Source: the human T2T-CHM13v2.0 reference genome, Homo sapiens
NCBI RefSeq assembly: GCF_009914755.1
Contig: NC_060937.1
DNA length: 64,000 nucleotides
Strand: one strand, 5' to 3'
Shown here: one piece after another, positions 41,359-54,700 of the stretch
Layout of the letters: every line of letters begins with the position of its first letter
Numbering within the stretch: the stretch's first letter is position 1
Made by a program: the position numbers and the translations under genes
The notes under the pieces: generated by a model
The model's database searches: none
What the model saw: only the letters and a program-made list of their open reading frames with translations
What the model was told of the DNA's origin: nothing

Positions 41359-43738
41359 TCAAAGCAATCCAAATATCCACTTGCAGAATCCACAAAAAGA
41401 GTGTTTCAAAACTGCTCTATCAATAGAAAGGTTCAACTCTTTTAGTTGAGTACACACATCACAAACAAGTTTCTGAGAATGCTTCTGTCTGGCTTTTATT
41501 GGAAGACGTTTCCTTTTCACCAAAGGCATCAAAGCGCTCCAAATGTCCACTTCCAGATTCTTCCAAAAGAGTGTTTGAAACGTGCTCAAAGTAAGGGAAT
41601 GTTCAACTCTGTGACTTGAATGCAGATATCACCAAGTAGTTTCTAATAGTGCTTCTGTCTAGATTTTAGATGATGATATTCCCGTTTCCAACGAAATCGT
41701 TAGAGCTATCCAAATATCCACTTACAGTTTCTACAAAAAGAGTGTTTCCAAACTGCTGCATCAAAAGAAAGGTTCAACTCTGTTAGTTGAGGACACACAT
41801 CACAAAGAAGTTTGTGAGAATGCTTCTGTCTAGATTTTGTATGACCATATTCCCTTTTCCAGCGATATCATTAAAGCAATCTAAATATCCATTTGCAGAA
41901 TCCACAAAAATAGAGTTTCAAAGCTGCTCTGTAAAAAGAAAGGTTCCACTCTGTTAGCTGAGTACACACATCACAAACTTGTTTCTCAGAATCCTTCTGT
42001 CTCGTTTTTATGGGAAGATATTTACTTTTTCACCGTAGGCATCAAAGCGCTCCAAATGTCCACATCCAGATACTCCAGAAAGAGTGTTTCAAACCTGCTC
42101 TATGAAAGGGAATCTTCAACTCTATGAGTTGAATGCAGACATCAGAAAGAAATTTCTGAGAATGCTGCTGTCTACCTTTTATTTGAATTCCCGCTTCCAA
42201 CGAAATCCTCCAAGCTATCCAAATATCCACCTGCATTTTCCACAAAAAGAGCGTTTCAAAACTGCTCTCTATCAATGGCAAAGTTCAACTCTGTTAGTTG
42301 AGGACACATATCACCAACAAGTTTCTGAGAATGCTTCTGTCTATTTTTTATGGGAAGATATTTCCTTTTTCACCGTAGGCGTCAAGGCGATCGAAATGTC
42401 CACTTCCACAAACTACAAAAAGAGTGTTTCAAACCTGCTCTATGAAAGGCCATGTTCATCTCTATGAGTCGAATGGAAATATCCGAAAGAAATTTCTGGG
42501 AATGCTGCTGTCTAGTTTTTATACGAATTCCCGCTTCCAACGAAATCCTCAAAGCAATCCAAATATCCACTTGCAGAATCCACAAAAAGAGTGTTTCAAA
42601 ACTGCTCTATCAATAGAAAGGTTCAACTCTTTTAGTTGAGTACACACATCACAAACAAGTTTCTGAGAATGCTTCTGTCTGGCTTTTATTGGAAGACGTT
42701 TCCTTTTCACCAAAGGCATCAAAGCGCTCCAAATGTCCACTTCCAGATTCTTCCAAAAGAGTGTTTGAAACGTGCTCAAAGTAAGGGAATGTTCAACTCT
42801 GTGACTTGAATGCAGATATCACCAAGTAGTTTCTAATAGTGCTTCTGTCTAGATTTTAGATGATGATATTCCCGTTTCCAACGAAATCGTTAGAGCTATC
42901 CAAATATCCACTTACAGTTGCTACAAAAAGAGTGTTTCCAAACTGCTGCATCAAAAGAAAGGTTCAACTCTGTTAGTTGAGGACACACGTCACAAAGAAG
43001 TTTGTGAGAATGCTTCTGTCTAGATTTTGTATGACGATATTCCCTTTTCCAACGATATCGTTAAAGCAATCTAAATATCCATTTGCAGAATCCACAAAAA
43101 TAGAGTTTCAAAGCTGCTCTGTAAAAAGAAAGGTTCCACTCTGTTAGCTGAGTACACACATCACAAACTTGTTTCTCAGAATCCTTCTGTCTCGTTTTTC
43201 TGGGAAGATATTTACTTTTTCACCGTAGGCATCAAAGCGCTCCAAATGTCCACATCCAGATACTCCAGAAAGAGTGTTTCAAACCTGCTCTATGAAAGGG
43301 AATCTTCAACTCTATGAGTTGAATGCAGACATCAGAAAGAAATTTCTGAGAATGCTGCTGTCTACCTTTTATTTGAATTCCCGCTTCCAACGAAATCCTC
43401 CAAGCTATCCAAATATCCACTTGCAGATTCCACAAAAAGAGTGTTTCAAAACTGCTCTCTATCAATGGCAAAGTTCAACTCTGTTAGTTGAGGACACATA
43501 TCACCAACAAGTTTCTGAGAATGCTTCTGTCTATTTTTTATGGGAAGATATTTCCTTTTTCACCGTAGGCGTCAAGGCGATCGAAATGTCCACTTCCACA
43601 AACTACAAAAAGAGTGTTTCAAACCTGCTCTATGAAAGGCCATGTTCATCTCTATGAGTCGAATGGAAATATCCGAAAGAAATTTCTGGGAATGCTGCTG
43701 TCTAGTTTTTATACGAATTCCCGCTTCCAACGAAATCC
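41359..43738 (-). repeat. Two 7-mer HOR variants; the first has an alternative junction (~42253-42268)
   Basis: Anchors at 41359, 42549, 43739. Hybrid sequence CTGCATTTTCCACAAAAAGAGCGTTTCAAAACTGCTCTCTATCAATGGC. Confidence 0.95.
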
Positions 43739-46700
43739 TCAAAGCAATCCAAATATCCACTTGCAGAATCCACAAAAAGAGTGTTTCAAAACTGCTCTAT
43801 CAATAGAAAGGTTCAACTCTTTTAGTTGAGTACACACATCACAAACAAGTTTCTGAGAATGCTTCTGTCTGGCTTTTATTGGAAGACGTTTCCTTTTCAC
43901 CAAAGGCATCAAAGCGCTCCAAATGTCCACTTCCAGATTCTTCCAAAAGAGTGTTTGAAACGTGCTCAAAGTAAGGGAATGTTCAACTCTGTGACTTGAA
44001 TGCAGATATCACCAAGTAGTTTCTAATAGTGCTTCTGTCTAGATTTTAGATGATGATATTCCCGTTTCCAACGAAATCGTTAGAGCTATCCAAATATCCA
44101 CTTACAGTTTCTACAAAAAGAGTGTTTCCAAACTGCTGCATCAAAAGAAAGGTTCAACTCTGTTAGTTGAGGACACACATCACAAAGAAGTTTGTGAGAA
44201 TGCTTCTGTCTAGATTTTGTATGACCATATTCCCTTTTCCAGCGATATCATTAAAGCAATCTAAATATCCATTTGCAGAATCCACAAAAATAGAGTTTCA
44301 AAGCTGCTCTGTAAAAAGAAAGGTTCCACTCTGTTAGCTGAGTACACACATCACAAACTTGTTTCTCAGAATCCTTCTGTCTCGTTTTTATGGGAAGATA
44401 TTTACTTTTTCACCGTAGGCATCAAAGCGCTCCAAATGTCCACATCCAGATACTCCAGAAAGAGTGTTTCAAACCTGCTCTATGAAAGGGAATCTTCAAC
44501 TCTATGAGTTGAATGCAGACATCAGAAAGAAATTTCTGAGAATGCTGCTGTCTACCTTTTATTTGAATTCCCGCTTCCAACGAAATCCTCCAAGCTATCC
44601 AAATATCCACCTGCATTTTCCACAAAAAGAGCGTTTCAAAACTGCTCTATCAATAGAAATGTTCAACTCCTTTGGCTGGGTACACACATCACAAACAAGT
44701 TTCTGAGAATGCTTCTGTCTAGTTTTTATGGGAAGACATTCCCTTTTTCACCAAAGGCATCAAAGCGCTCCAAATGTCCACTTCCAGACACTACAAAAAG
44801 AGTGTTTCCAACGTGCTCTAAGAAAGCGAATGTTCAACTCTGTGACTTGAATGCAGATATCACAAAGTAGTTTCTGAGAGGGCTTCTGTGTAGATTTTAG
44901 ATGATGATATTCCCGTTTCCAACGAAATCATTAGAGCTATCCAAATATCCACTTACAGTTTCTACAAAAAGAGTGTTTCCAAACTGCTGCATCAAAAGAG
45001 AGGTTCCACTCTGTTAGCTGAGTACACACATCACAAACTTGTTTCTCAGAATCCTTCTGTCTCGTTTTTCTGGGAAGATATTTACTTTTTCACCGTAGGC
45101 ATCAAAGCGCTCCAAATGTCCACATCCAGATACTCCAGAAAGAGTGTTTCAAACCTGCTCTATGAAAGGGAATCTTCAACTCTATGAGTTGAATGCAGAC
45201 ATCAGAAAGAAATTTCTGAGAATGCTGCTGTCTACCTTTTATTTGAATTCCCGCTTCCAACGAAATCCTCCAAGCTATCCAAATATCCACTTGCAGATTC
45301 CACAAAAAGAGTGTTTCAAAACTGCTCTCTATCAATGGCAAAGTTCAACTCTGTTAGTTGAGGACACATATCACCAACAAGTTTCTGAGAATGCTTCTGT
45401 CTATTTTTTATGGGAAGATATTTCCTTTTTCACCGTAGGCGTCAAGGCGATCGAAATGTCCACTTCCACAAACTACAAAAAGAGTGTTTCAAACCTGCTC
45501 TATGAAAGGCCATGTTCATCTCTATGAGTCGAATGGAAATATCCGAAAGAAATTTCTGGGAATGCTGCTGTCTAGTTTTTATACGAATTCCCGCTTCCAA
45601 CGAAATCCTCAAAGCAATCCAAATATCCACTTGCAGAATCCACAAAAAGAGTGTTTCAAAACTGCTCTATCAATAGAAAGGTTCAACTCTTTTAGTTGAG
45701 TACACACATCACAAACAAGTTTCTGAGAATGCTTCTGTCTGGCTTTTATTGGAAGACGTTTCCTTTTCACCAAAGGCATCAAAGCGCTCCAAATGTCCAC
45801 TTCCAGATTCTTCCAAAAGAGTGTTTGAAACGTGCTCAAAGTAAGGGAATGTTCAACTCTGTGACTTGAATGCAGATATCACCAAGTAGTTTCTAATAGT
45901 GCTTCTGTCTAGATTTTAGATGATGATATTCCCGTTTCCAACGAAATCGTTAGAGCTATCCAAATATCCACTTACAGTTTCTACAAAAAGAGTGTTTCCA
46001 AACTGCTGCATCAAAAGAAAGGTTCAACTCTGTTAGTTGAGGACACACATCACAAAGAAGTTTGTGAGAATGCTTCTGTCTAGATTTTGTATGACCATAT
46101 TCCCTTTTCCAGCGATATCATTAAAGCAATCTAAATATCCATTTGCAGAATCCACAAAAATAGAGTTTCAAAGCTGCTCTGTAAAAAGAAAGGTTCCACT
46201 CTGTTAGCTGAGTACACACATCACAAACTTGTTTCTGAGAATCCTTCTGTCTCGTTTTTATGGGAAGATATTTACTTTTTCACCGTAGGCATCAAAGCGC
46301 TCCAAATGTCCACATCCAGATACTCCAGAAAGAGTGTTTCAAACCTGCTCTATGAAAGGGAATCTTCAACTCTATGAGTTGAATGCAGACATCAGAAAGA
46401 AATTTCTGAGAATGCTGCTGTCTACCTTTTATTTGAATTCCCGCTTCCAACGAAATCCTCCAAGCTATCCAAATATCCACCTGCATTTTCCACAAAAAGA
46501 GCGTTTCAAAACTGCTCTATCAATAGAAATGTTCAACTCCTTTGGCTGGGTACACACATCACAAACAAGTTTCTGAGAATGCTTCTGTCTAGTTTTTATG
46601 GGAAGACATTCCCTTTTTCACCAAAGGCATCAAAGCGCTCCAAATGTCCACTTCCAGACACTACAAAAAGAGTGTTTCCAACGTGCTCTAAGAAAGCGAA

Positions 46701-49348
46701 TGTTCAACTCTGTGACTTGAATGCAGATATCACAAAGTAGTTTCTGAGAGGGCTTCTGTCTAGATTTTAGATGATGATATTCCCGTTTCCAACGAAATCA
46801 TTAGAGCTATCCAAATATCCACTTACAGTTTCTACAAAAAGAGTGTTTCCAAACTGCTGCATCAAAAGAGAGGTTCCACTCTGTTAGCTGAGTACACACA
46901 TCACAAACTTGTTTCTCAGAATCCTTCTGTCTCGTTTTTCTGGGAAGATATTTACTTTTTCACCGTAGGCATCAAAGCGCTCCAAATGTCCACATCCAGA
47001 TACTCCAGAAAGAGTGTTTCAAACCTGCTCTATGAAAGGGAATCTTCAACTCTATGAGTTGAATGCAGACATCAGAAAGAAATTTCTGAGAATGCTGCTG
47101 TCTACCTTTTATTTGAATTCCCGCTTCCAACGAAATCCTCCAAGCTATCCAAATATCCACTTGCAGATTCCACAAAAAGAGTGTTTCAAAACTGCTCTCT
47201 ATCAATGGCAAAGTTCAACTCTGTTAGTTGAGGACACATATCACCAACAAGTTTCTGAGAATGCTTCTGTCTATTTTTTATGGGAAGATATTTCCTTTTT
47301 CACCGTAGGCGTCAAGGCGATCGAAATGTCCACTTCCACAAACTACAAAAAGAGTGTTTCAAACCTGCTCTATGAAAGGCCATGTTCATCTCTATGAGTC
47401 GAATGGAAATATCCGAAAGAAATTTCTGGGAATGCTGCTGTCTAGTTTTTATACGAATTCCCGCTTCCAACGAAATCCTCAAAGCAATCCAAATATCCAC
47501 TTGCAGAATCCACAAAAAGAGTGTTTCAAAACTGCTCTATCAATAGAAAGGTTCAACTCTTTTAGTTGAGTACACACATCACAAACAAGTTTCTGAGAAT
47601 GCTTCTGTCTGGCTTTTATTGGAAGACGTTTCCTTTTCACCAAAGGCATCAAAGCGCTCCAAATGTCCACTTCCAGATTCTTCCAAAAGAGTGTTTGAAA
47701 CGTGCTCAAAGTAAGGGAATGTTCAACTCTGTGACTTGAATGCAGATATCACCAAGTAGTTTCTAATAGTGCTTCTGTCTAGATTTTAGATGATGATATT
47801 CCCGTTTCCAACGAAATCGTTAGAGCTATCCAAATATCCACTTACAGTTTCTACAAAAAGAGTGTTTCCAAACTGCTGCATCAAAAGAAAGGTTCAACTC
47901 TGTTAGTTGAGGACACACATCACAAAGAAGTTTGTGAGAATGCTTCTGTCTAGATTTTGTATGACCATATTCCCTTTTCCAGCGATATCATTAAAGCAAT
48001 CTAAATATCCATTTGCAGAATCCACAAAAATAGGGTTTCAAAGCTGCTCTGTAAAAAGAAAGGTTCCACTCTGTTAGCTGAGTACACACATCACAAACTT
48101 GTTTCTGAGAATCCTTCTGTCTCGTTTTTATGGGAAGATATTTACTTTTTCACCGTAGGCATCAAAGCGCTCCAAATGTCCACATCCAGATACTCCAGAA
48201 AGAGTGTTTCAAACCTGCTCTATGAAAGGGAATCTTCAACTCTATGAGTTGAATGCAGACATCAGAAAGAAATTTCTGAGAATGCTGCTGTCTACCTTTT
48301 ATTTGAATTCCCGCTTCCAACGAAATCCTCCAAGCTATCCAAATATCCACCTGCATTTTCCACAAAAAGAGCGTTTCAAAACTGCTCTATCAATAGAAAT
48401 GTTCAACTCCTTTGGCTGGGTACACACATCACAAACAAGTTTCTGAGAATGCTTCTGTCTAGTTTTTATGGGAAGACATTCCCTTTTTCACCAAAGGCAT
48501 CAAAGCGCTCCAAATGTCCACTTCCAGACACTACAAAAAGAGTGTTTCCAACGTGCTCTAAGAAAGCGAATGTTCAACTCTGTGACTTGAATGCAGATAT
48601 CACAAAGTAGTTTCTGAGAGGGCTTCTGTCTAGATTTTAGATGATGATATTCCCGTTTCCAACGAAATCATTAGAGCTATCCAAATATCCACTTACAGTT
48701 TCTACAAAAAGAGTGTTTCCAAACTGCTGCATCAAAAGAGAGGTTCCACTCTGTTAGCTGAGTACACACATCACAAACTTGTTTCTGAGAATCCTTCTGT
48801 CTCGTTTTTCTGGGAAGATATTTACTTTTTCACCGTAGGCATCAAAGCGCTCCAAATGTCCACATCCAGATACTCCAGAAAGAGTGTTTCAAACCTGCTC
48901 TATGAAAGGGAATCTTCAACTCTATGAGTTGAATGCAGACATCAGAAAGAAATTTCTGAGAATGCTGCTGTCTACCTTTTATTTGAATTCCCGCTTCCAA
49001 CGAAATCCTCCAAGCTATCCAAATATCCACTTGCAGATTCCACAAAAAGAGTGTTTCAAAACTGCTCTCTATCAATGGCAAAGTTCAACTCTGTTAGTTG
49101 AGGACACATATCACCAACAAGTTTCTGAGAATGCTTCTGTCTATTTTTTATGGGAAGATATTTCCTTTTTCACCGTAGGCGTCAAGGCGATCGAAATGTC
49201 CACTTCCACAAACTACAAAAAGAGTGTTTCAAACCTGCTCTATGAAAGGCCATGTTCATCTCTATGAGTCGAATGGAAATATCCGAAAGAAATTTCTGGG
49301 AATGCTGCTGTCTAGTTTTTATACGAATTCCCGCTTCCAACGAAATCC

Positions 49349-51728
49349 TCAAAGCAATCCAAATATCCACTTGCAGAATCCACAAAAAGAGTGTTTCAAA
49401 ACTGCTCTATCAATAGAAAGGTTCAACTCTTTTAGTTGAGTACACACATCACAAACAAGTTTCTGAGAATGCTTCTGTCTGGCTTTTATTGGAAGACGTT
49501 TCCTTTTCACCAAAGGCATCAAAGCGCTCCAAATGTCCACTTCCAGATTCTTCCAAAAGAGTGTTTGAAACGTGCTCAAAGTAAGGGAATGTTCAACTCT
49601 GTGACTTGAATGCAGATATCACCAAGTAGTTTCTAATAGTGCTTCTGTCTAGATTTTAGATGATGATATTCCCGTTTCCAACGAAATCGTTAGAGCTATC
49701 CAAATATCCACTTACAGTTTCTACAAAAAGAGTGTTTCCAAACTGCTGCATCAAAAGAAAGGTTCAACTCTGTTAGTTGAGGACACACATCACAAAGAAG
49801 TTTGTGAGAATGCTTCTGTCTAGATTTTGTATGACCATATTCCCTTTTCCAGCGATATCATTAAAGCAATCTAAATATCCATTTGCAGAATCCACAAAAA
49901 TAGAGTTTCAAAGCTGCTCTGTAAAAAGAAAGGTTCCACTCTGTTAGCTGAGTACACACATCACAAACTTGTTTCTCAGAATCCTTCTGTCTCGTTTTTA
50001 TGGGAAGATATTTACTTTTTCACCGTAGGCATCAAAGCGCTCCAAATGTCCACATCCAGATACTCCAGAAAGAGTGTTTCAAACCTGCTCTATGAAAGGG
50101 AATCTTCAACTCTATGAGTTGAATGCAGACATCAGAAAGAAATTTCTGAGAATGCTGCTGTCTACCTTTTATTTGAATTCCCGCTTCCAACGAAATCCTC
50201 CAAGCTATCCAAATATCCACCTGCATTTTCCACAAAAAGAGCGTTTCAAAACTGCTCTCTATCAATGGCAAAGTTCAACTCTGTTAGTTGAGGACACATA
50301 TCACCAACAAGTTTCTGAGAATGCTTCTGTCTATTTTTTATGGGAAGATATTTCCTTTTTCACCGTAGGCGTCAAGGCGATCGAAATGTCCACTTCCACA
50401 AACTACAAAAAGAGTGTTTCAAACCTGCTCTATGAAAGGCCATGTTCATCTCTATGAGTCGAATGGAAATATCCGAAAGAAATTTCTGGGAATGCTGCTG
50501 TCTAGTTTTTATACGAATTCCCGCTTCCAACGAAATCCTCAAAGCAATCCAAATATCCACTTGCAGAATCCACAAAAAGAGTGTTTCAAAACTGCTCTAT
50601 CAATAGAAAGGTTCAACTCTTTTAGTTGAGTACACACATCACAAACAAGTTTCTGAGAATGCTTCTGTCTGGCTTTTATTGGAAGACGTTTCCTTTTCAC
50701 CAAAGGCATCAAAGCGCTCCAAATGTCCACTTCCAGATTCTTCCAAAAGAGTGTTTGAAACGTGCTCAAAGTAAGGGAATGTTCAACTCTGTGACTTGAA
50801 TGCAGATATCACCAAGTAGTTTCTAATAGTGCTTCTGTCTAGATTTTAGATGATGATATTCCCGTTTCCAACGAAATCGTTAGAGCTATCCAAATATCCA
50901 CTTACAGTTGCTACAAAAACAGTGTTTCCAAACTGCTGCATCAAAAGAAAGGTTCAACTCTGTTAGTTGAGGACACACGTCACAAAGAAGTTTGTGAGAA
51001 TGCTTCTGTCTAGATTTTGTATGACGATATTCCCTTTTCCAACGATATCGTTAAAGCAATCTAAATATCCATTTGCAGAATCCACAAAAATAGAGTTTCA
51101 AAGCTGCTCTGTAAAAAGAAAGGTTCCACTCTGTTAGCTGAGTACACACATCACAAACTTGTTTCTCAGAATCCTTCTGTCTCGTTTTTCTGGGAAGATA
51201 TTTACTTTTTCACCGTAGGCATCAAAGCGCTCCAAATGTCCACATCCAGATACTCCAGAAAGAGTGTTTCAAACCTGCTCTATGAAAGGGAATCTTCAAC
51301 TCTATGAGTTGAATGCAGACATCAGAAAGAAATTTCTGAGAATGCTGCTGTCTACCTTTTATTTGAATTCCCGCTTCCAACGAAATCCTCCAAGCTATCC
51401 AAATATCCACTTGCAGATTCCACAAAAAGAGTGTTTCAAAACTGCTCTCTATCAATGGCAAAGTTCAACTCTGTTAGTTGAGGACACATATCACCAACAA
51501 GTTTCTGAGAATGCTTCTGTCTATTTTTTATGGGAAGATATTTCCTTTTTCACCGTAGGCGTCAAGGCGATCGAAATGTCCACTTCCACAAACTACAAAA
51601 AGAGTGTTTCAAACCTGCTCTATGAAAGGCCATGTTCATCTCTATGAGTCGAATGGAAATATCCGAAAGAAATTTCTGGGAATGCTGCTGTCTAGTTTTT
51701 ATACGAATTCCCGCTTCCAACGAAATCC
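49349..51728 (-). repeat. Two 7-mer HOR variants; the first has the alternative junction (~50243-50258)
   Basis: Anchors at 49349, 50539, 51729. Same hybrid junction as at 42253, offset by 7990 bp. Confidence 0.95.
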
Positions 51729-54700
51729 TCAAAGCAATCCAAATATCCACTTGCAGAATCCACAAAAAGAGTGTTTCAAAACTGCTCTATCAATAGAAAG
51801 GTTCAACTCTTTTAGTTGAGTACACACATCACAAACAAGTTTCTGAGAATGCTTCTGTCTGGCTTTTATTGGAAGACGTTTCCTTTTCACCAAAGGCATC
51901 AAAGCGCTCCAAATGTCCACTTCCAGATTCTTCCAAAAGAGTGTTTGAAACGTGCTCAAAGTAAGGGAATGTTCAACTCTGTGACTTGAATGCAGATATC
52001 ACCAAGTAGTTTCTAATAGTGCTTCTGTCTAGATTTTAGATGATGATATTCCCGTTTCCAACGAAATCGTTAGAGCTATCCAAATATCCACTTACAGTTT
52101 CTACAAAAAGAGTGTTTCCAAACTGCTGCATCAAAAGAAAGGTTCAACTCTGTTAGTTGAGGACACACATCACAAAGAAGTTTGTGAGAATGCTTCTGTC
52201 TAGATTTTGTATGACCATATTCCCTTTTCCAGCGATATCATTAAAGCAATCTAAATATCCATTTGCAGAATCCACAAAAATAGAGTTTCAAAGCTGCTCT
52301 GTAAAAAGAAAGGTTCCACTCTGTTAGCTGAGTACACACATCACAAACTTGTTTCTCAGAATCCTTCTGTCTCGTTTTTATGGGAAGATATTTACTTTTT
52401 CACCGTAGGCATCAAAGCGCTCCAAATGTCCACATCCAGATACTCCAGAAAGAGTGTTTCAAACCTGCTCTATGAAAGGGAATCTTCAACTCTATGAGTT
52501 GAATGCAGACATCAGAAAGAAATTTCTGAGAATGCTGCTGTCTACCTTTTATTTGAATTCCCGCTTCCAACGAAATCCTCCAAGCTATCCAAATATCCAC
52601 CTGCATTTTCCACAAAAAGAGCGTTTCAAAACTGCTCTATCAATAGAAATGTTCAACTCCTTTGGCTGGGTACACACATCACAAACAAGTTTCTGAGAAT
52701 GCTTCTGTCTAGTTTTTATGGGAAGACATTCCCTTTTTCACCAAAGGCATCAAAGCGCTCCAAATGTCCACTTCCAGACACTACAAAAAGAGTGTTTCCA
52801 ACGTGCTCTAAGAAAGCGAATGTTCAACTCTGTGACTTGAATGCAGATATCACAAAGTAGTTTCTGAGAGGGCTTCTGTGTAGATTTTAGATGATGATAT
52901 TCCCGTTTCCAACGAAATCATTAGAGCTATCCAAATATCCACTTACAGTTTCTACAAAAAGAGTGTTTCCAAACTGCTGCATCAAAAGAGAGGTTCCACT
53001 CTGTTAGCTGAGTACACACATCACAAACTTGTTTCTCAGAATCCTTCTGTCTCGTTTTTCTGGGAAGATATTTACTTTTTCACCGTAGGCATCAAAGCGC
53101 TCCAAATGTCCACATCCAGATACTCCAGAAAGAGTGTTTCAAACCTGCTCTATGAAAGGGAATCTTCAACTCTATGAGTTGAATGCAGACATCAGAAAGA
53201 AATTTCTGAGAATGCTGCTGTCTACCTTTTATTTGAATTCCCGCTTCCAACGAAATCCTCCAAGCTATCCAAATATCCACTTGCAGATTCCACAAAAAGA
53301 GTGTTTCAAAACTGCTCTCTATCAATGGCAAAGTTCAACTCTGTTAGTTGAGGACACATATCACCAACAAGTTTCTGAGAATGCTTCTGTCTATTTTTTA
53401 TGGGAAGATATTTCCTTTTTCACCGTAGGCGTCAAGGCGATCGAAATGTCCACTTCCACAAACTACAAAAAGAGTGTTTCAAACCTGCTCTATGAAAGGC
53501 CATGTTCATCTCTATGAGTCGAATGGAAATATCCGAAAGAAATTTCTGGGAATGCTGCTGTCTAGTTTTTATACGAATTCCCGCTTCCAACGAAATCCTC
53601 AAAGCAATCCAAATATCCACTTGCAGAATCCACAAAAAGAGTGTTTCAAAACTGCTCTATCAATAGAAAGGTTCAACTCTTTTAGTTGAGTACACACATC
53701 ACAAACAAGTTTCTGAGAATGCTTCTGTCTGGCTTTTATTGGAAGACGTTTCCTTTTCACCAAAGGCATCAAAGCGCTCCAAATGTCCACTTCCAGATTC
53801 TTCCAAAAGAGTGTTTGAAACGTGCTCAAAGTAAGGGAATGTTCAACTCTGTGACTTGAATGCAGATATCACCAAGTAGTTTCTAATAGTGCTTCTGTCT
53901 AGATTTTAGATGATGATATTCCCGTTTCCAACGAAATCGTTAGAGCTATCCAAATATCCACTTACAGTTTCTACAAAAAGAGTGTTTCCAAACTGCTGCA
54001 TCAAAAGAAAGGTTCAACTCTGTTAGTTGAGGACACACATCACAAAGAAGTTTGTGAGAATGCTTCTGTCTAGATTTTGTATGACCATATTCCCTTTTCC
54101 AGCGATATCATTAAAGCAATCTAAATATCCATTTGCAGAATCCACAAAAATAGAGTTTCAAAGCTGCTCTGTAAAAAGAAAGGTTCCACTCTGTTAGCTG
54201 AGTACACACATCACAAACTTGTTTCTCAGAATCCTTCTGTCTCGTTTTTATGGGAAGATATTTACTTTTTCACCGTAGGCATCAAAGCGCTCCAAATGTC
54301 CACATCCAGATACTCCAGAAAGAGTGTTTCAAACCTGCTCTATGAAAGGGAATCTTCAACTCTATGAGTTGAATGCAGACATCAGAAAGAAATTTCTGAG
54401 AATGCTGCTGTCTACCTTTTATTTGAATTCCCGCTTCCAACGAAATCCTCCAAGCTATCCAAATATCCACCTGCATTTTCCACAAAAAGAGCGTTTCAAA
54501 ACTGCTCTATCAATAGAAATGTTCAACTCCTTTGGCTGGGTACACACATCACAAACAAGTTTCTGAGAATGCTTCTGTCTAGTTTTTATGGGAAGACATT
54601 CCCTTTTTCACCAAAGGCATCAAAGCGCTCCAAATGTCCACTTCCAGACACTACAAAAAGAGTGTTTCCAACGTGCTCTAAGAAAGCGAATGTTCAACTC

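Noticed and set aside
7539-51728. Order of 7-mers and 11-mers as an information-bearing code
   Set aside because: Nested block duplications and deletions marked by shared private SNVs account for the order, and nothing indicates function.
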